A stretch of 64,000 nucleotides of DNA from Schizochytrium sp. TIO01 (lineage: Eukaryota > Protista > Bigyra: Labyrinthulomycetes): assembly GCA_004764695.1 (NCBI GenBank), contig SMSO01000032.1:868001-932000 (forward strand), in the 5' to 3' direction. Position numbers and translations under genes: made by a program. Shown in pieces: positions 30,330 to 43,230 of the stretch (within the stretch, counting starts at the first letter, position 1; each line of letters starts with the position of its first letter). The notes below the pieces were generated by a model. It made no database searches, was not told the origin of the DNA, and was given only the letters and a program-made list of their open reading frames with translations.

Positions 30330-31346
30330 TTAACAACACCTTTGAAGGATGAGAGCAGCACTGGCGAGTGCAGCAAGTGCGTCCGCAGCACTATGTTTTC
30401 CATTGCCAGTCCGTTGGTCAAGATTCAGAGGAAGAAATTCCTTCGTATTTTGCTGCTGAGAGCCACTGTTTCCGTTGTTGTTCTCCTGTGCAGATGTTTG
30501 TTTGATATGTTGTTTTGGTGACAGAAATTGAAATTTGGTATTTGCGTTTGCTGAGCGCTCAAACGCAGACTCACGGATTTGTGCGAGGAGGTTATCACTG
30601 GACATGGCAGCCACAGTTGCGATGGAGCCGGAAGAGCTGGAGGAATCGAGTTTCTTTAACCTCCTCATTTTGTTCAATGGAGGCAAAGGTGAGCTGGACG
30701 AAGAGACAGATGGCAGAGAAGTAGTAGAGGCAGAGGAAGGGGAAGCGGTGGGGTCCACTGCATCTATGTGACCACCATAATGTGTCGGATCTAAGCCACG
30801 GTTCTGCGCCTGTGTGGAAGCCCATCGCTGGAAAGCAGAAGGCTCAGGTCCATTGCTGCTCATCAAGGGGCGCTTTCTGCTCATTTCGTGGCTCTTGAAC
30901 TTCGCCTGAACATTAGCAAAAGCAGTAAAGGAATTTGTGTTGCTGTTTCTCTGAGTCTGGCATGCTCTCTGGTTGAATGCCTGGAATGGGTTTTGCACGA
31001 GTGAAAGACCTGCCTTGCGTCTTGCCAACACAACCCTGATATGACGGAGAATTTGAATGGGCAATCCGAGGGCCATGAGTTCTTGGTCAGAGGCCATGTC
31101 CAGGTTGGTGCTTGTAACGTAGCCAAATTGGGAAAGCTGGGTCGCAAGCATGATAAGCTGAGGTCTACTCTGCTGTACCTGCATTGCTACAATGTCTTCG
31201 TTAACAGGCATGCCCTGCTGCAACATCGCGTCAATACAATCAAGCACAAGGGCTTCTTGAAGAACATGGAGGCCAAGCTGTGGGCTTGTCTTCTTCTGAT
31301 TTGGTGACCTCAATGCTGAGGCTTGGCTGGCAAAGGAGTTGTTCAT
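30330..31346 (-). CDS. Uncharacterised 338-aa protein with a SAM-like helical segment and low-complexity C-terminus (possible regulator)
   Basis: Long ORF with ACACC-ATG context. LSQFGYVTSTNLDMASDQELMALGLPIQILRHIRVVL is SAM-like. Basic patches (SRKRP, KMRRLKK) and a terminal AADALAALASAA helix are present. Confidence 0.8.
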   Translation of the reverse strand: MNNSFASQASALRSPNQKKTSPQLGLHVLQEALVLDCIDAMLQQGMPVNEDIVAMQVQQSRPQLIMLATQLSQFGYVTSTNLDMASDQELMALGLPIQILRHIRVVLARRKAGLSLVQNPFQAFNQRACQTQRNSNTNSFTAFANVQAKFKSHEMSRKRPLMSSNGPEPSAFQRWASTQAQNRGLDPTHYGGHIDAVDPTASPSSASTTSLPSVSSSSSPLPPLNKMRRLKKLDSSSSSGSIATVAAMSSDNLLAQIRESAFERSANANTKFQFLSPKQHIKQTSAQENNNGNSGSQQQNTKEFLPLNLDQRTGNGKHSAADALAALASAALILQRCC

Positions 31347-31351
31347 GGTGT

Positions 31352-31427
31352 CTAGAGGCTACAGAGCGTGGGTTTGATCAATATCTGTTCCTTCAGTTCC
31401 TGTACCTCGTCGAGATGGTTTACTTAC
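31352..31427 (-). other. Probable 5' UTR intron of the 338-aa gene
   Basis: Minus-strand GTAAGT donor at 31427. CTCTAG acceptor ends at 31352 (alternative AG at 31359), 5 nt before the ATG. Confidence 0.5.
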
Positions 31428-34400
31428 GCGGTCCGTAAAGCCTTTTCTCGTAGTAGTATCGTCACGGTGAGCGCAATCAGTTATAACAAGACTCTGAGGG
31501 TGTGCGCAAGTTCAAGTGATAAGTCCCAGTTCTCCTTTTATTCGAAAGCGAAAAGTCAGCCGAGCAATAGAAGTGTTGATGTCTGCCTGTAATATGTATT
31601 TCCACGTTCACGAGAAGGCAACCACTGAGAGTTCCGCTGAAGAAAAGCGTAGTCTTCGTTGTATCAAAGCACTACCCGTTCACAGTATTGAGTACCTGGA
31701 GTCTCTCCTCTTCTATGACCTAGTCAGTACTTATGGGGAGCAGACTCACAGATGCCTCAGTCACTGATCAATTGCGTGGGTTCTCGCTGCTGCTGCTGCT
31801 GTTGCTGCGTACGCGCGCGAACTGACTCCGTCCGATGTTGTCAAGCCGGGTTGAGCCACAAGAAGGCAAAACAGAGTTGAAGTGGTGTGATTGATAGGCG
31901 TGATTCTATATTATGCCTAAACGAGATGGTAAGTCACGAGGACTTGTGGCGGCACCGAGTTGAGTTGAGTGTTTGTTTGCAATAAATTTGCTGAGTTGCC
32001 TGTCTACCTTTTTTAATGTTAATTTCATTTTTTAAAAATCTTCTTTTCTTTCCAAAAGGGAAAAGAATGGTTTTTCTCAATTATTAGCTTGGTTCTATAG
32101 TTCTCAAATTTTGCACTATGACCTTTTTAGTAGTTTTCATTTTTAAAATATGTATGAAAGTTGTATTTACCTTTCAAGGCAAAGAAGAGTACTTTGACTA
32201 CTGCTTTAATTTTAAAAGTTAAAAAGAGTGAGAGCAAGAAGAGGTCTTAGTTGGCTATTAATAACACTTACATTGAGCGTTTCTTTGGGAAAAACAATCA
32301 TGGGGTATAAAATTTATTTTTCTTTCAGTTTTAGCAGTCCTCCTCACGGAGAAACTTGAAATAAGATTATATTTTTATTAACCCAATGAATGAAAAGTAG
32401 TTCTTCGGTGATGCTGGCAAGAAAGGCCAACTTTCTTACGAAAGAGGGGGTGGAAGTTAGTTAAACTTTAAACGCTGTCTATCAGTTTAGCTAAGAAAGA
32501 AAATAATTGATACCATGAGAGATCTTGAGAAGCACCATAACCAGAAGCTTGAGAGCTGTAGACAAGACAATATTTCAATATTTAATTATATTCTGCTGCC
32601 TTCAGCAAATCCGCAAAAAAAATGACTACGATTGTAGCTATCTTTTGGAAGAAAATGATGCTTGGGAGGAGACAGCTTTATGGCTTCCCGCAGGAGTGTG
32701 TGTGGCTGGCATTAGTATGCGAAAGAATAAAAACCTTTCAGATTAATTAGGGTAATTTCACTTTTAAAAATATATATGTCTTTTAAACTTTAAACTATAG
32801 CTAAATTAATAATAAAATTGAGAATGTTAGAGTAGGATGATTGATCAATGATCTTCCAATTAGAGCTCATTGAAGAAGAACTTTTTTATGAGAAGTTTTT
32901 TCTTTGCACGAGTTTTGATTAATTATACAGGTTCTTTGGATATGCCACTGAGAAGAGAACTGAGTAGGGAAATAAATACATTTCGAAGCTGGAAAATAAA
33001 TAAAATAGTCCAAGTCTCGTTTCTGACATATTTAACCAAAAAACATGAGAGAAATTGAAGAAGAAGAAGAAGAATAATTTAAATACATATCTATCTATAT
33101 TCAAACTAGACAGTGTTACAGTGAACCAATTTATCTCAAGTCCTGCTCTCCTTAATGTATTATTCTTTCTCTTTCAAAGAAGTCACTCTTAGACTCCTAC
33201 AATAATGTTTTCAGTTTTGTTGAAGTCCTGTTTGGTAAGCAATGGAAGGTTGTGTAGAGAGCGTATATTGGCGTTTGGCAATCTCTCTGTTGACCTAAAG
33301 AGCTTATTGGGTTGAGTCGCCAGCATGAGGAAGGCCAACGCAATGAATTTCTCTATGGTGCATAGTTTTACGGCGAGGTTTATAATTAGATAATAAAAGT
33401 AACAGTTAAAATAATACTAGTGTAGAAATGAGTGCCTATTTATTTAAATTCTGTAGGTATTTTTGATTTTATTTTTGAAAGATAAAAAAATTGATGTTTA
33501 AAACAGCTTTCATAAGCATCCTAAAGTGCTTTATGGATCATAAATTCTATAAGCTGGTTTGAAAAACCCTCTCCCTTCTCAGTTGCGCCTCCAGCCTTCT
33601 CAGAATCATTATGTTAACCTTTACATCATGAGCCTGCGCTGCCAAACTTTACAACAAGAATCTGGTAATTGAGCGAGATAAGTTTCTGGAAGCGCTTTGT
33701 AATCGAGAGAGGACGACGGAGGTTGAGAAATCAAAATGTTTCCTTCTTTCAAAATATTGAAAAGTATGGTAGTATTATAAAAAATAGAATCGAAGCAAGA
33801 TGGTAGAGATGTCTCAATGTAACTTATTAGTACTTTTTAGCTTCTGCCGCTTCATACAGAAGAGTAACTTCCGTTCCGGAATTACATTTATTACATTCAA
33901 CAAACAAAAAAAGTAAAAACAAAGAAATAAAATTCTATCACCACCACGAAATCATGGTAGCAGAAATACCCAAAGTGTAATTTAATATTTAAATATAAAA
34001 GTACCTACCACACACTTGGAAAGAAGGGCACAACGCCACCAAACATCTTTATCAGTCTTTATCATTTTCATTAGTTACTTTCTATGCTGAAAGACGAAAC
34101 GAGGACGCTGTGGGCTTGTCCGGGATAAGTGATCTTTCGAGCGATGAACGAATAAAAAGAAGCGATGCGACAGTTCTTTGCATCCTCTCAAACCAACACA
34201 TTACGCTGTAGAGCAGCCCTCGTTTTTACCAAGAATCTGCTGCCTCTTCGAGGTAGAGGAGAGAGATATGGTGAGTATGCTCTAAGCTCTTCGTTTTGAG
34301 GCTTTTCATTTCACGAGTCACCCTTGTAAGCTCGATAGGGTATTATTTTCAAACCTCATTAATTTAAGTCATGTTTACGTACTGTTATGCTAAACAGTAG

Positions 34401-37255
34401 CGAGGGGGTGCGCTAGAGCGAACTTTTTGACGTGAACGACTAAAGCCCTCTGGATGATTCGAAGATAGTCCTTCGATAGATGTGCGAAGAAGAGAAGGGG
34501 ATTTGACTGAGTTCCTTGAGACCCATTTCTGCTCAATGCCTCTGCAGAGGCGGGGCTTAGCGCCGTTCTCTCGTGCTGCATGAGAGGCATTAGCGATCGA
34601 TGGGATGGGTGGAGGCTTAATTAATCTCTCCGACTAAACTTATATGACTTTTGAATTCAAGGTAAAGGTGGAGGATTCCTTTTAAAACGAACTTTAATGC
34701 ACTAAAAGAGAGAGAGAGAGAGAGAGTCAAAACTAGTTCTATTCAAAGAAAGTAAAAAGTGAGTCTCTAGCAAGGAAACCTAAAATAACTGAAAAAAAGA
34801 CATTTAATCAGTCTTAAGATCACACCAGTATTAACAATAGCGCTAGAGCTGAAAGTTTTACCATCCAGGTAGAAAGTTTTTTCACAGCTGGTTCTAGCGT
34901 TACTCCAAGCAAGGCCTAGCCAGCCATACATTTAATCGCACCTTTACATGGTATTAAACTAATGAAAGACTTATGCGACGAATAGGCGTATGTATATACA
35001 TGACTAATTTTTGACAAATGGAAACTAATTAACAAATAAATTAGAAAAGAAGAGGAGAAAAGAAGTAAGGGGGCTGCAACTAGCAGAGATAGTATTAACT
35101 CTAGTAGCTGCCGACTTATCTATTCAATGACTTTGAAGTGAGAACGATATGATGACGAATATTGACGATGCTGCAGAATCCACTGGACTGGCAATTCGGT
35201 GCTCCGGACGGTCTGTCATAACAATCTACTGATCAAGAGAGAGGTCGCTTCTTTCTCGTTGCAGCCTACTCTTCAAATCGTCCTTTGTATAGGGACTGTG
35301 CGTCGTCTCCTCGAAAAGTCTGTGCGTCGCCTCCTTCAACTTCATGAGTCGCGCTTTTCTGGAGAATTTCGCACACTGGTTCGATGTCTTGCCAATCTTT
35401 GTGTTGTCTACGTAGGTAGAGCTTGAAGATAATGCAGTGCTTGCTTTTACTTTTTATAAAACTACAAAAATAGCAATAAGAATAACAATGCCTTGTTGGA
35501 TTGTTGATTTGTTTGCATGTTTATTGGTCTGCTTGCTCGTTGTTAGAGTTCCATGCGAAAGTCAAAGCGAAGAACTCGTGATTTGTGGGGGAGTGGATGC
35601 CTCCGAGATCTTGTCTTCTTTTTCTCAAAGAAAAGATTGTGGCGGAGTGGTATCCTCATTTCGACAGCGATTGTTTCTGGCTGTCCAAGGTTTATTTCTT
35701 TTCAGAGTTTGATATCTCTTGTTGCACGTCCTTTACTTCATGAGTCCTTCCTCCTCGCACAAACGTTCACGGAGTCCAGAGTAAATAAATGTTTATAGTT
35801 CTGTGACTGCGGCGTGAATGCAATTTGATTAATCTTACGCACCACATCATCGGTTGTGGCTGCACGATCTTTCTACAAGTTGGTCTATTTCCATCATGTG
35901 ATTTTCCTCCCTCCGCAAAAGATAAAAGCAAACAAAACAGAAAGATCACTCGGAATCGTTAGATTGTTGAATGGATTGTCAGGTAATTCAATACCTACGT
36001 AGTAATACCACACACCTAATGAGAGCAAACTACTCGAAAGACCTATTTTTATCCATCCCTAGTAACGTAGGTTAAGGAATACTTCATCATGGTCAGTGAG
36101 GTCAAACTATTTTTTAAAATAAAATTAATATTTCTAAATTTGTTTTTTATGTTAATAGAAACTCAAGAAAATCAAATGCAAATGAATATGAATATGTAGT
36201 ACTGGTAGTGTACTATCTAGCTAATTTGAATAAACATCAATAGGAGCTGGTGTTAAAGACTAGGTACCAAGTCCAGAGATGATTATGGTATTTTCTAGCT
36301 TCTTTTGTTTAAAAGAAAAGAATAGAAAAGAAACACCAGTGAGATAAATTTAACTAAGCAGAGAATAGGAAGTGAAAGTGGGGACGACTCACTCTTCCAT
36401 AAATCTGATTGTCTAAGTCATTACGCGGTGTCTCAGAATTGTAAACTCTTGAACTCAAGATACAGGGAGGAGGTATTCTTTTCAGCTTAGGTATAAACAA
36501 AAAGTGGTGTAGGCATATCTGTAGCTCTCTGTAGCTGATTTTATCTCCTTTCTTTGCTAATACGCTTCTGTGAATGCATGAAGAACATTTGTTCGCATCA
36601 AATTAACAAAGCTACTAAATGGTCGAAGATCATTAATTCCTAAGATGAAGTTGAGGTGAGCTCATACTGGGTATTGTCTTAGCGAATGAGATGAAGTTTT
36701 ATACATGAATCCGGTATTTTAAGAACTGATGCCCATGACAATTCCTCTGTGCTACGCAGTGTTTCCCAATGGCCTACTCTATATCCAAAGCATATTTAAG
36801 AGTGAAACCCTAAAGTGATAGTCTCAGATCAGAGTTAGTCTTGGCATCACTCCTTCAAAACTGCGCTTGGCAGGAGGTGTCATTTGATATGAAGTTTGAT
36901 AAGGCTGCAAATCCTGAAAGAACTGAATAAATGTGCTGCAAGCTGCTGCAATTATGCTCAATTGCAAACCACTGCGCAAGAATCGGTAGAAAGCGATTGA
37001 AGCTTTCGACAGCTGCTGCCTCCCTTTGAGCTGCCAGTATACACCCGCATTCGACAACATTATATTTATACTGCCAGAATATGTGTTTCTGTTCGAGAAA
37101 TCTGCGAAGCCACGAACCTCCATAATTTCTGTACTGCTTCTGCCTAATGGATGGCAGGTCAGCGCCTCTTCTGCTCTGGCATTCTTGGGTCCGTGTGACT
37201 CACTCGATGATCGACATATGGGTTGATTCATTGATTCATTGACACCATCGCCACA

Positions 37256-37427
37256 GCCATTAGTTCTCAATGTCCTCTGCTTCAAACCTGCATAGAAGAT
37301 CTATCTCGGCAGTTTGTACAATAGCTACGTAGGTACTTAGTGCCATTAGTTCTCAATGTCCTCTGCTTCAAACCTGCATAGAAGATCTATCTCGGCAGTT
37401 TGTACAATAGCTACGTAGGTACTTAGT
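37256..37427. repeat. Perfect 86-bp tandem duplication
   Basis: GCCATTAGTTCTCAATG...GTAGGTACTTAGT occurs at 37256-37341 and identically at 37342-37427. Confidence 0.97.
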
Positions 37428-38194
37428 ATTATGATCAGTGTGTCTCGTGCCAGCCAGGCGTTCAACGGGATCGCAATCACAATCCGAACAAGCTAGTGGC
37501 TACTCCTAGCCAGGCTGCTAGCAGCTCCTACCGTACATGCTACTCCTCGTTCTTCTCTCTTTCTCTTTCTCTTTCTCAAAACAAGACAAGACAGATTCTT
37601 ATCCAATTTCTCTTTCTTTTTTTTAATTAAAAAAATTAAATTAAAAATAAGACTTCAGAGAGGACTTTTTTTAGTGTTGGTTGTCAATCAATCGAGGAGG
37701 AGAAAAAGTCAAAGCCAACGTCAAAGTGAAAGAAGGTCAGAGGCTGCTCGCTTCATCGTCTGTTCAAGCGGCGAGGACCTTCGCCGAATGCGTGACTTAC
37801 GATGGACCTTGTTTGACCCAGTGCGGTAAGCTTTGTGCTCGAGCCAAAGAAACCAGCGGGGCCAGGGAAGGGAAGAGCCCCTTGATCGAGAAGCTTTGGT
37901 CCTTGAACGGGCGCGACGGTGACACTATGACTATTGTGAAATTCATAGCTATCTAACTCGTACTGTGTTCTGCATGCTTTCTCGAGTAAGTTCTGCTGTT
38001 TCTTGCGATGTCGTCGACAGGGCATTAGTGAGTCGAATCTTTCAATACCTACTACGAGTTCCTCCTTACTTAGGCTTTTGCTTATTTTCAAACGAACTCC
38101 TTTCCTGTTCATGGCGTACTTTCAATCAGTGATTACCTCATGAACATGATGAGACAGAAAAAAAAAATGTATATTTTAATCAAAGAAAAAGAGA

Positions 38195-38502
38195 AAACAA
38201 ACAAACAAACAAACAAACAAACAAACAAACAAACAAACAAACAAACAAACACATGAATGAATGATGCGTCTTGATGAGCAGGAATGCTTTCATCAGACAC
38301 GTAAGGCCCTCTTGTCCAATAAAAAGAGAAGAACGAACTGGTTCCAAGATGAGATTTATGCCCCTCCTTAGCTCGAGAAGAAAAGACACGAGCGAGGACA
38401 CAAAGGAAAGATGAAGCGAACGAAGCAAGGAATTAAGGAAGAAAGGAAGGAAGAAAGGAAGGAAGGAAGGAAGGAAGGAAGGAAGGAAGGAAGGAAGGAA
38501 GA
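38195..38502. repeat. (AAAC)n and (GGAA)n microsatellites
   Basis: (AAAC)n about 38195-38250; (GGAA)n about 38437-38502. Confidence 0.95.
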
Positions 38503-41500
38503 AGTGCAGAAAGAAAGAATAAAAGAGGAGGTGCCTCGCGCATACTTCCAATGTCCGCGACTAACTGAGGGGAGCAGTCGGTCGGAAAAATAATAGTCTT
38601 TGCCCTTTCAGTGCCAGTCAGCCGGTACTTTTTAGACGTAGTAACGTGTTATTCTCTCTATGTTTGCTCGATTCGCTCTATCCCACTCACTCGCTCGCCC
38701 CCTCGTTCCAAATCAACCAACGAATATCAATCATTCAATCGATCAGTCTTTTCATCTTCTTTAAAGATATCTACCATACTTTTTTGAAAAAGAAAAAGAG
38801 AGAAGAAATTAAAAATGCAGATATGACCAACTTACTGTTTCGAGGAGAAGGAGAGGGAAACGTTGCTCGATTCGGGACTCCACTCCAAAGAATAGAGAAC
38901 GTTTGCAGAGTTGCCGTTGGTGCTGCATCGCATCAGCATCCATCGCAACGAAAGAGATCGTGTCACGGGGGTCTCAACTGTGCTTCGAATCAATCTCGTT
39001 AATTTTATTTGGATAGAAAACTCGGGGTCGAAAGAAGCAGCAGTGCTTTCTTTTTCAAAAGATACACGTGAAAGGGACAAAAGAGATGGCAAAAGAATGC
39101 AAGAGTGGCCAGAACAGCGCAATATACGTTCCTCGGAGATCGAGGGCGACGACGAACAAACACTAAGAATGGCGCAAGATATCTCGAGATAGTACAACAT
39201 ACAGGACCTACCAAGGTTTTGTTTGAGGAGCAACAGCTATTTGCACGATCGATTTTCTTTTTCAAAAAGAAAAAGAAAAAGAAAGAAAAAAGAGAATCAA
39301 ATAATAATCGAAACACTTTCATACGAATTAATTCTTCTATATCTTCTTCATGTATACATAAGCACTGGTGTTTCTATATTCTCTACAAAGCCTAGTATGG
39401 AAGGTGAGAAGACAAGCCCTCGCCGCTTTGGGCCGCATCTCAAACCATCTATCTCTTGCAAATTTCCATCCTCAATAAACACAACAGGATAAAAATTGGA
39501 AAGAGATTTCCTCACCGTTTACAACGAAAAGAAATAAACCAACATTTATGAAGAGGAAGGAGTGGGTGAGACGCTTCAGAGAAGAGCCACCTCTAAACAG
39601 CTCGAAATACATGCGCCTAACTAGAATAAAAGAAAGAACTATTTAGGCGGACGGATCGACTCGACTCTCGAGCGTGTGAACAGCACACCTGCCTATGTTT
39701 TACTATATAGTGTGATCCGAACCAAGTTTCAAAAGTATGTTTTCATTTGTTTGGTTCATTTCGCTATGTTATATTACATATTCATCCTAGAGGTGGAGTG
39801 TGCGTAGCAACATGATAAGCACCTCACTAATACGTTGAGCACAAGGAGACGCAGACTCATGTTAAACAGACCTAGAGTTGATTGACTGGATCAATCACTG
39901 CAGCGGATTGAACCAACCACATCCCATAAACAAGGCAAAAGCCAAAGGCGAGCGAGCGAGAGCGTATTAATTTGTGTGATAGGAGGCAGTCGGGTCAACT
40001 CGAGTCACTTTGAGCTACTTTTCGATTGGTTCGCGTGGCCTGTTGTAACGCCCGTAGTGAAAATGCCAGGCAGTCTTTTCTTATTGAAGAGCCCTAGGGT
40101 ACTAGATAATTTCTTTTATTTCTTGCATAAGTTTGCAATTTGGTGAGCTGACCAAAGAAAAGGTGTCAGTATGTCGATTAAAGCTTTTTTCTTCTTTCTT
40201 CTTTAAAAATTATTTTTAAATTAATTATCTACTAAATTAGTAGACCTTTTTATTTTATTTTTTTCAAAATGAAGATTAATAGTGCTGAGTGGAGGAGGGA
40301 GTATAACAGTGTTGATGCGAATCCAAACGACCCGTTTAAAATGCTGTAAGCAAAGACGTAAGCAGGGTGCTGAAAATTTTGAGCACTCTGATTTGATCGT
40401 CATCGAGAATCCATCACCATTACTGCAGGTTCTTTCCTCCTTCTTCATGAAATTTAATCGCGACAATATCATCTTCTCTCTTCAGAATTTCGCTGATTGT
40501 TTTGCTCATTAACTTTTTAAAAATAAAGTAAAGGAATTACTACATCCTTCCTAAACAAACGCAAATGAACGAAATAATAGTCTCTTCTTCGTGTAAAATT
40601 GAAGTTCGATGATAACAAAGAAAGGCCAAGAAAGCGTAATAGGATTCCTAAGTATATAGTTTTGTAACCTCTGTTACTCAGTAATGAACCTGCAACTATT
40701 ATAAAGGAGATTAAATTTTACTTTCAGATTAGAAGATCATATCTCGTCTCCCATTCTTTTATTTCATTTGTGGGCAACTTACTTGGAAAGCTTTTTTGTG
40801 TTAGACTTTCATGTGCCCTAAAATTGGCGGGGACATGCCTGAAGACATTCCGCATTCCTTTACGTACATGGGCTTGAACCTGTAAAAGCCTCAACCAAAA
40901 GTGGCCACTCGTGCAAACAAATATTATACAATAACAAACCACTGACAAAGGAGGAAACACCTGAGGCAAAGCAAAGTCATCATGGTCTTCTTCGTTCCTT
41001 GTTACTCTTAACAATAAAACAAAACAAAACAAAACAAAACATCTTCTTTATGAATTTTCTATCTATAAATCCTCAAATACCAAATCGAAGAGAGAGGAAG
41101 GAAGAGTCCTGCTGCCTACTCATACCCTCTATATTGTTTCATTGCTACTGAACTATTAAGCTTCTGCAAACATTCCTCTTTCATGACACATTGCTTCCAA
41201 GAAGGGCGAAGACACGGAAACGGAGGAAAGGGCGAAGACATGTGAGAACAATTTGCGTTCTCACGCACTTGCCAGTGGACGCTCGCCTTGGCGTGTGGCA
41301 ACTACCCTAAACTCTACCCCAGGGTCTCATTTGCCCTGCTAGCAACGGCGACCCCCTCGCTCGAGTATGAGTTTGGTATAAGTAAAGCTAAACAGCTATA
41401 GCTGGTTACTGCTTCAGTCGAACTTATTTGTATCTCGATGAGGCCCATGTTTCTGTGATGAGACTGCTGCTAACTAGTTTTTGAAAGCTTTCTTTTTATG

Positions 41501-43197
41501 GGCCACCGAACAATATAGCTTAGCTTGCTTGCTAGTGAGAGACCGGTGATTCTTTTATCAGTTATTTTATCATTGATCGGTTCTGTATTATTTGCTAATG
41601 CAAGCTTTGGTTGTATCAATCGAGGAAGGTGGCCTTTAGCCCTCTAACCTCAGCAGTTAAACGTCTTCAGCTACTCTTATGTATCATTCAGAAATTGAAG
41701 GGTAAGCACTAAGATTTTATGTTAAAAATAGGTTTTTAAAAAACAAATTTCTTTGAATGAAAAATTTGATTTAAAAAAATAGCCTAAGAACTGATATAGT
41801 ATCTACCTATGGAGAAGGACCAAAGAGTGTGGAAAGGCCACGAGCCCATGCATGTGTCTATATGTGTCTGTTTATTCATTTTGATCCTCAATAATAAATA
41901 TGTCCGCACCACTGCAAATCATATGTTACTTATTGCCGCTGCATAGTGAGTGTGTGCCTTCAGAGGCCTCTTAATGCATATACCGACGTTCAAAGAATCT
42001 TTCTTTGATTCGCGATTGCTTGTGGACACGCTTCACATTTTTGTAAAGGGAGGAAGGCGCTGTGGCTTCTTAAAGTTGTTTGTGCTTTTCCATTCTTCCT
42101 CATGATTCTAATTCATGTTTTTTTTAAAATATTTAAAAAAGAGGTTCACCATGAGTCTCATGATGAATACTTACTTTTGGGTGTCTACAGCGTTGGTAGC
42201 CTGGTACCTACGTGTTATACTACTACTATTTTGAAGAGAAAACCCCTCTTTAGCCATCTCTTCGTCTGGTGACCCTAGGAGGTCAGACTATGATGTTTTA
42301 TCTGCAGTTACTGGTTACTAAAGGCAGTTGCTGAAGAGACCTTCTTGTACTTCTAACATTTGCAATATTTCATGAGAAGGAACTTCGTTTGAAGAGAGTG
42401 TTGTGGTAGATATACAGATACACATATACATATATGCTATACTTAGTGAGCCGAGTAGACCTACTTTTTTGTTTAGAAATACCGATTTTTAGATTCTGAA
42501 GAAATACGCAATTTGGAATCAACCATCATTTACTGCTAAAGTCCACGCGGTGATCCGATTCTCCATCACGCCTAATCCCGCTCATCCCCGTGACCAGGAA
42601 GAGAACAGGCAACCAATGAGCGGCGCAAAAGAAAAATACATGAGCTATCAATATCTCTCTCTATTGCGACAATTTTCTTTCTTCGTCCAAACGATTGTTA
42701 ATCCTGTTTCTTTTTCTTTTTTCTTACTTTCTTACCTTCTAAACCAAACCCAAGTTAAAAGAGAATTTAAAATCTTACGTTTGCTTGTAATATATCCCAC
42801 AATCTCCAACCAAAGTGATTCTAACAGGTCACTTCCTCCTCACTGGTAGGTAGACAGGTAGGTATTTTCGTCATCGTCACTAAGTTGAACTTCTTCTTCT
42901 CCTTCTTTTTCTTTCAAAGGCAACCTACTCCTAGCCACCCTGCTATCCACGCCTAGCGAGTGTGCTTCATCCAAAGTGTTAGTACCCGTGTCATCATACT
43001 AACACTATGAGAGTCAGGACGTCGTCTGGGCCACTGCAGTCCAAAAAGCAGGAGCGGTTTCAGTGCACTTTTTAAATCACTTGTTCGTGCGAGCCTTACG
43101 TGAAGATTAATCTTTTCCTTAGGTCACCTACGTCTAAGTGAGCTTAGCTAGCTGAGCAAATCTCTTCATCATCGAGCGATGATTGAGTGGATAGATA

Positions 43198-43230
<33 letters not shown>

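Noticed and set aside
10118-31346. Functional cluster of RNA-metabolism genes (NYN-LOTUS, LSm4, SAM-like protein)
   Set aside because: They are interspersed with unrelated genes and there is no evidence of co-regulation. Chance neighbourhood is sufficient.
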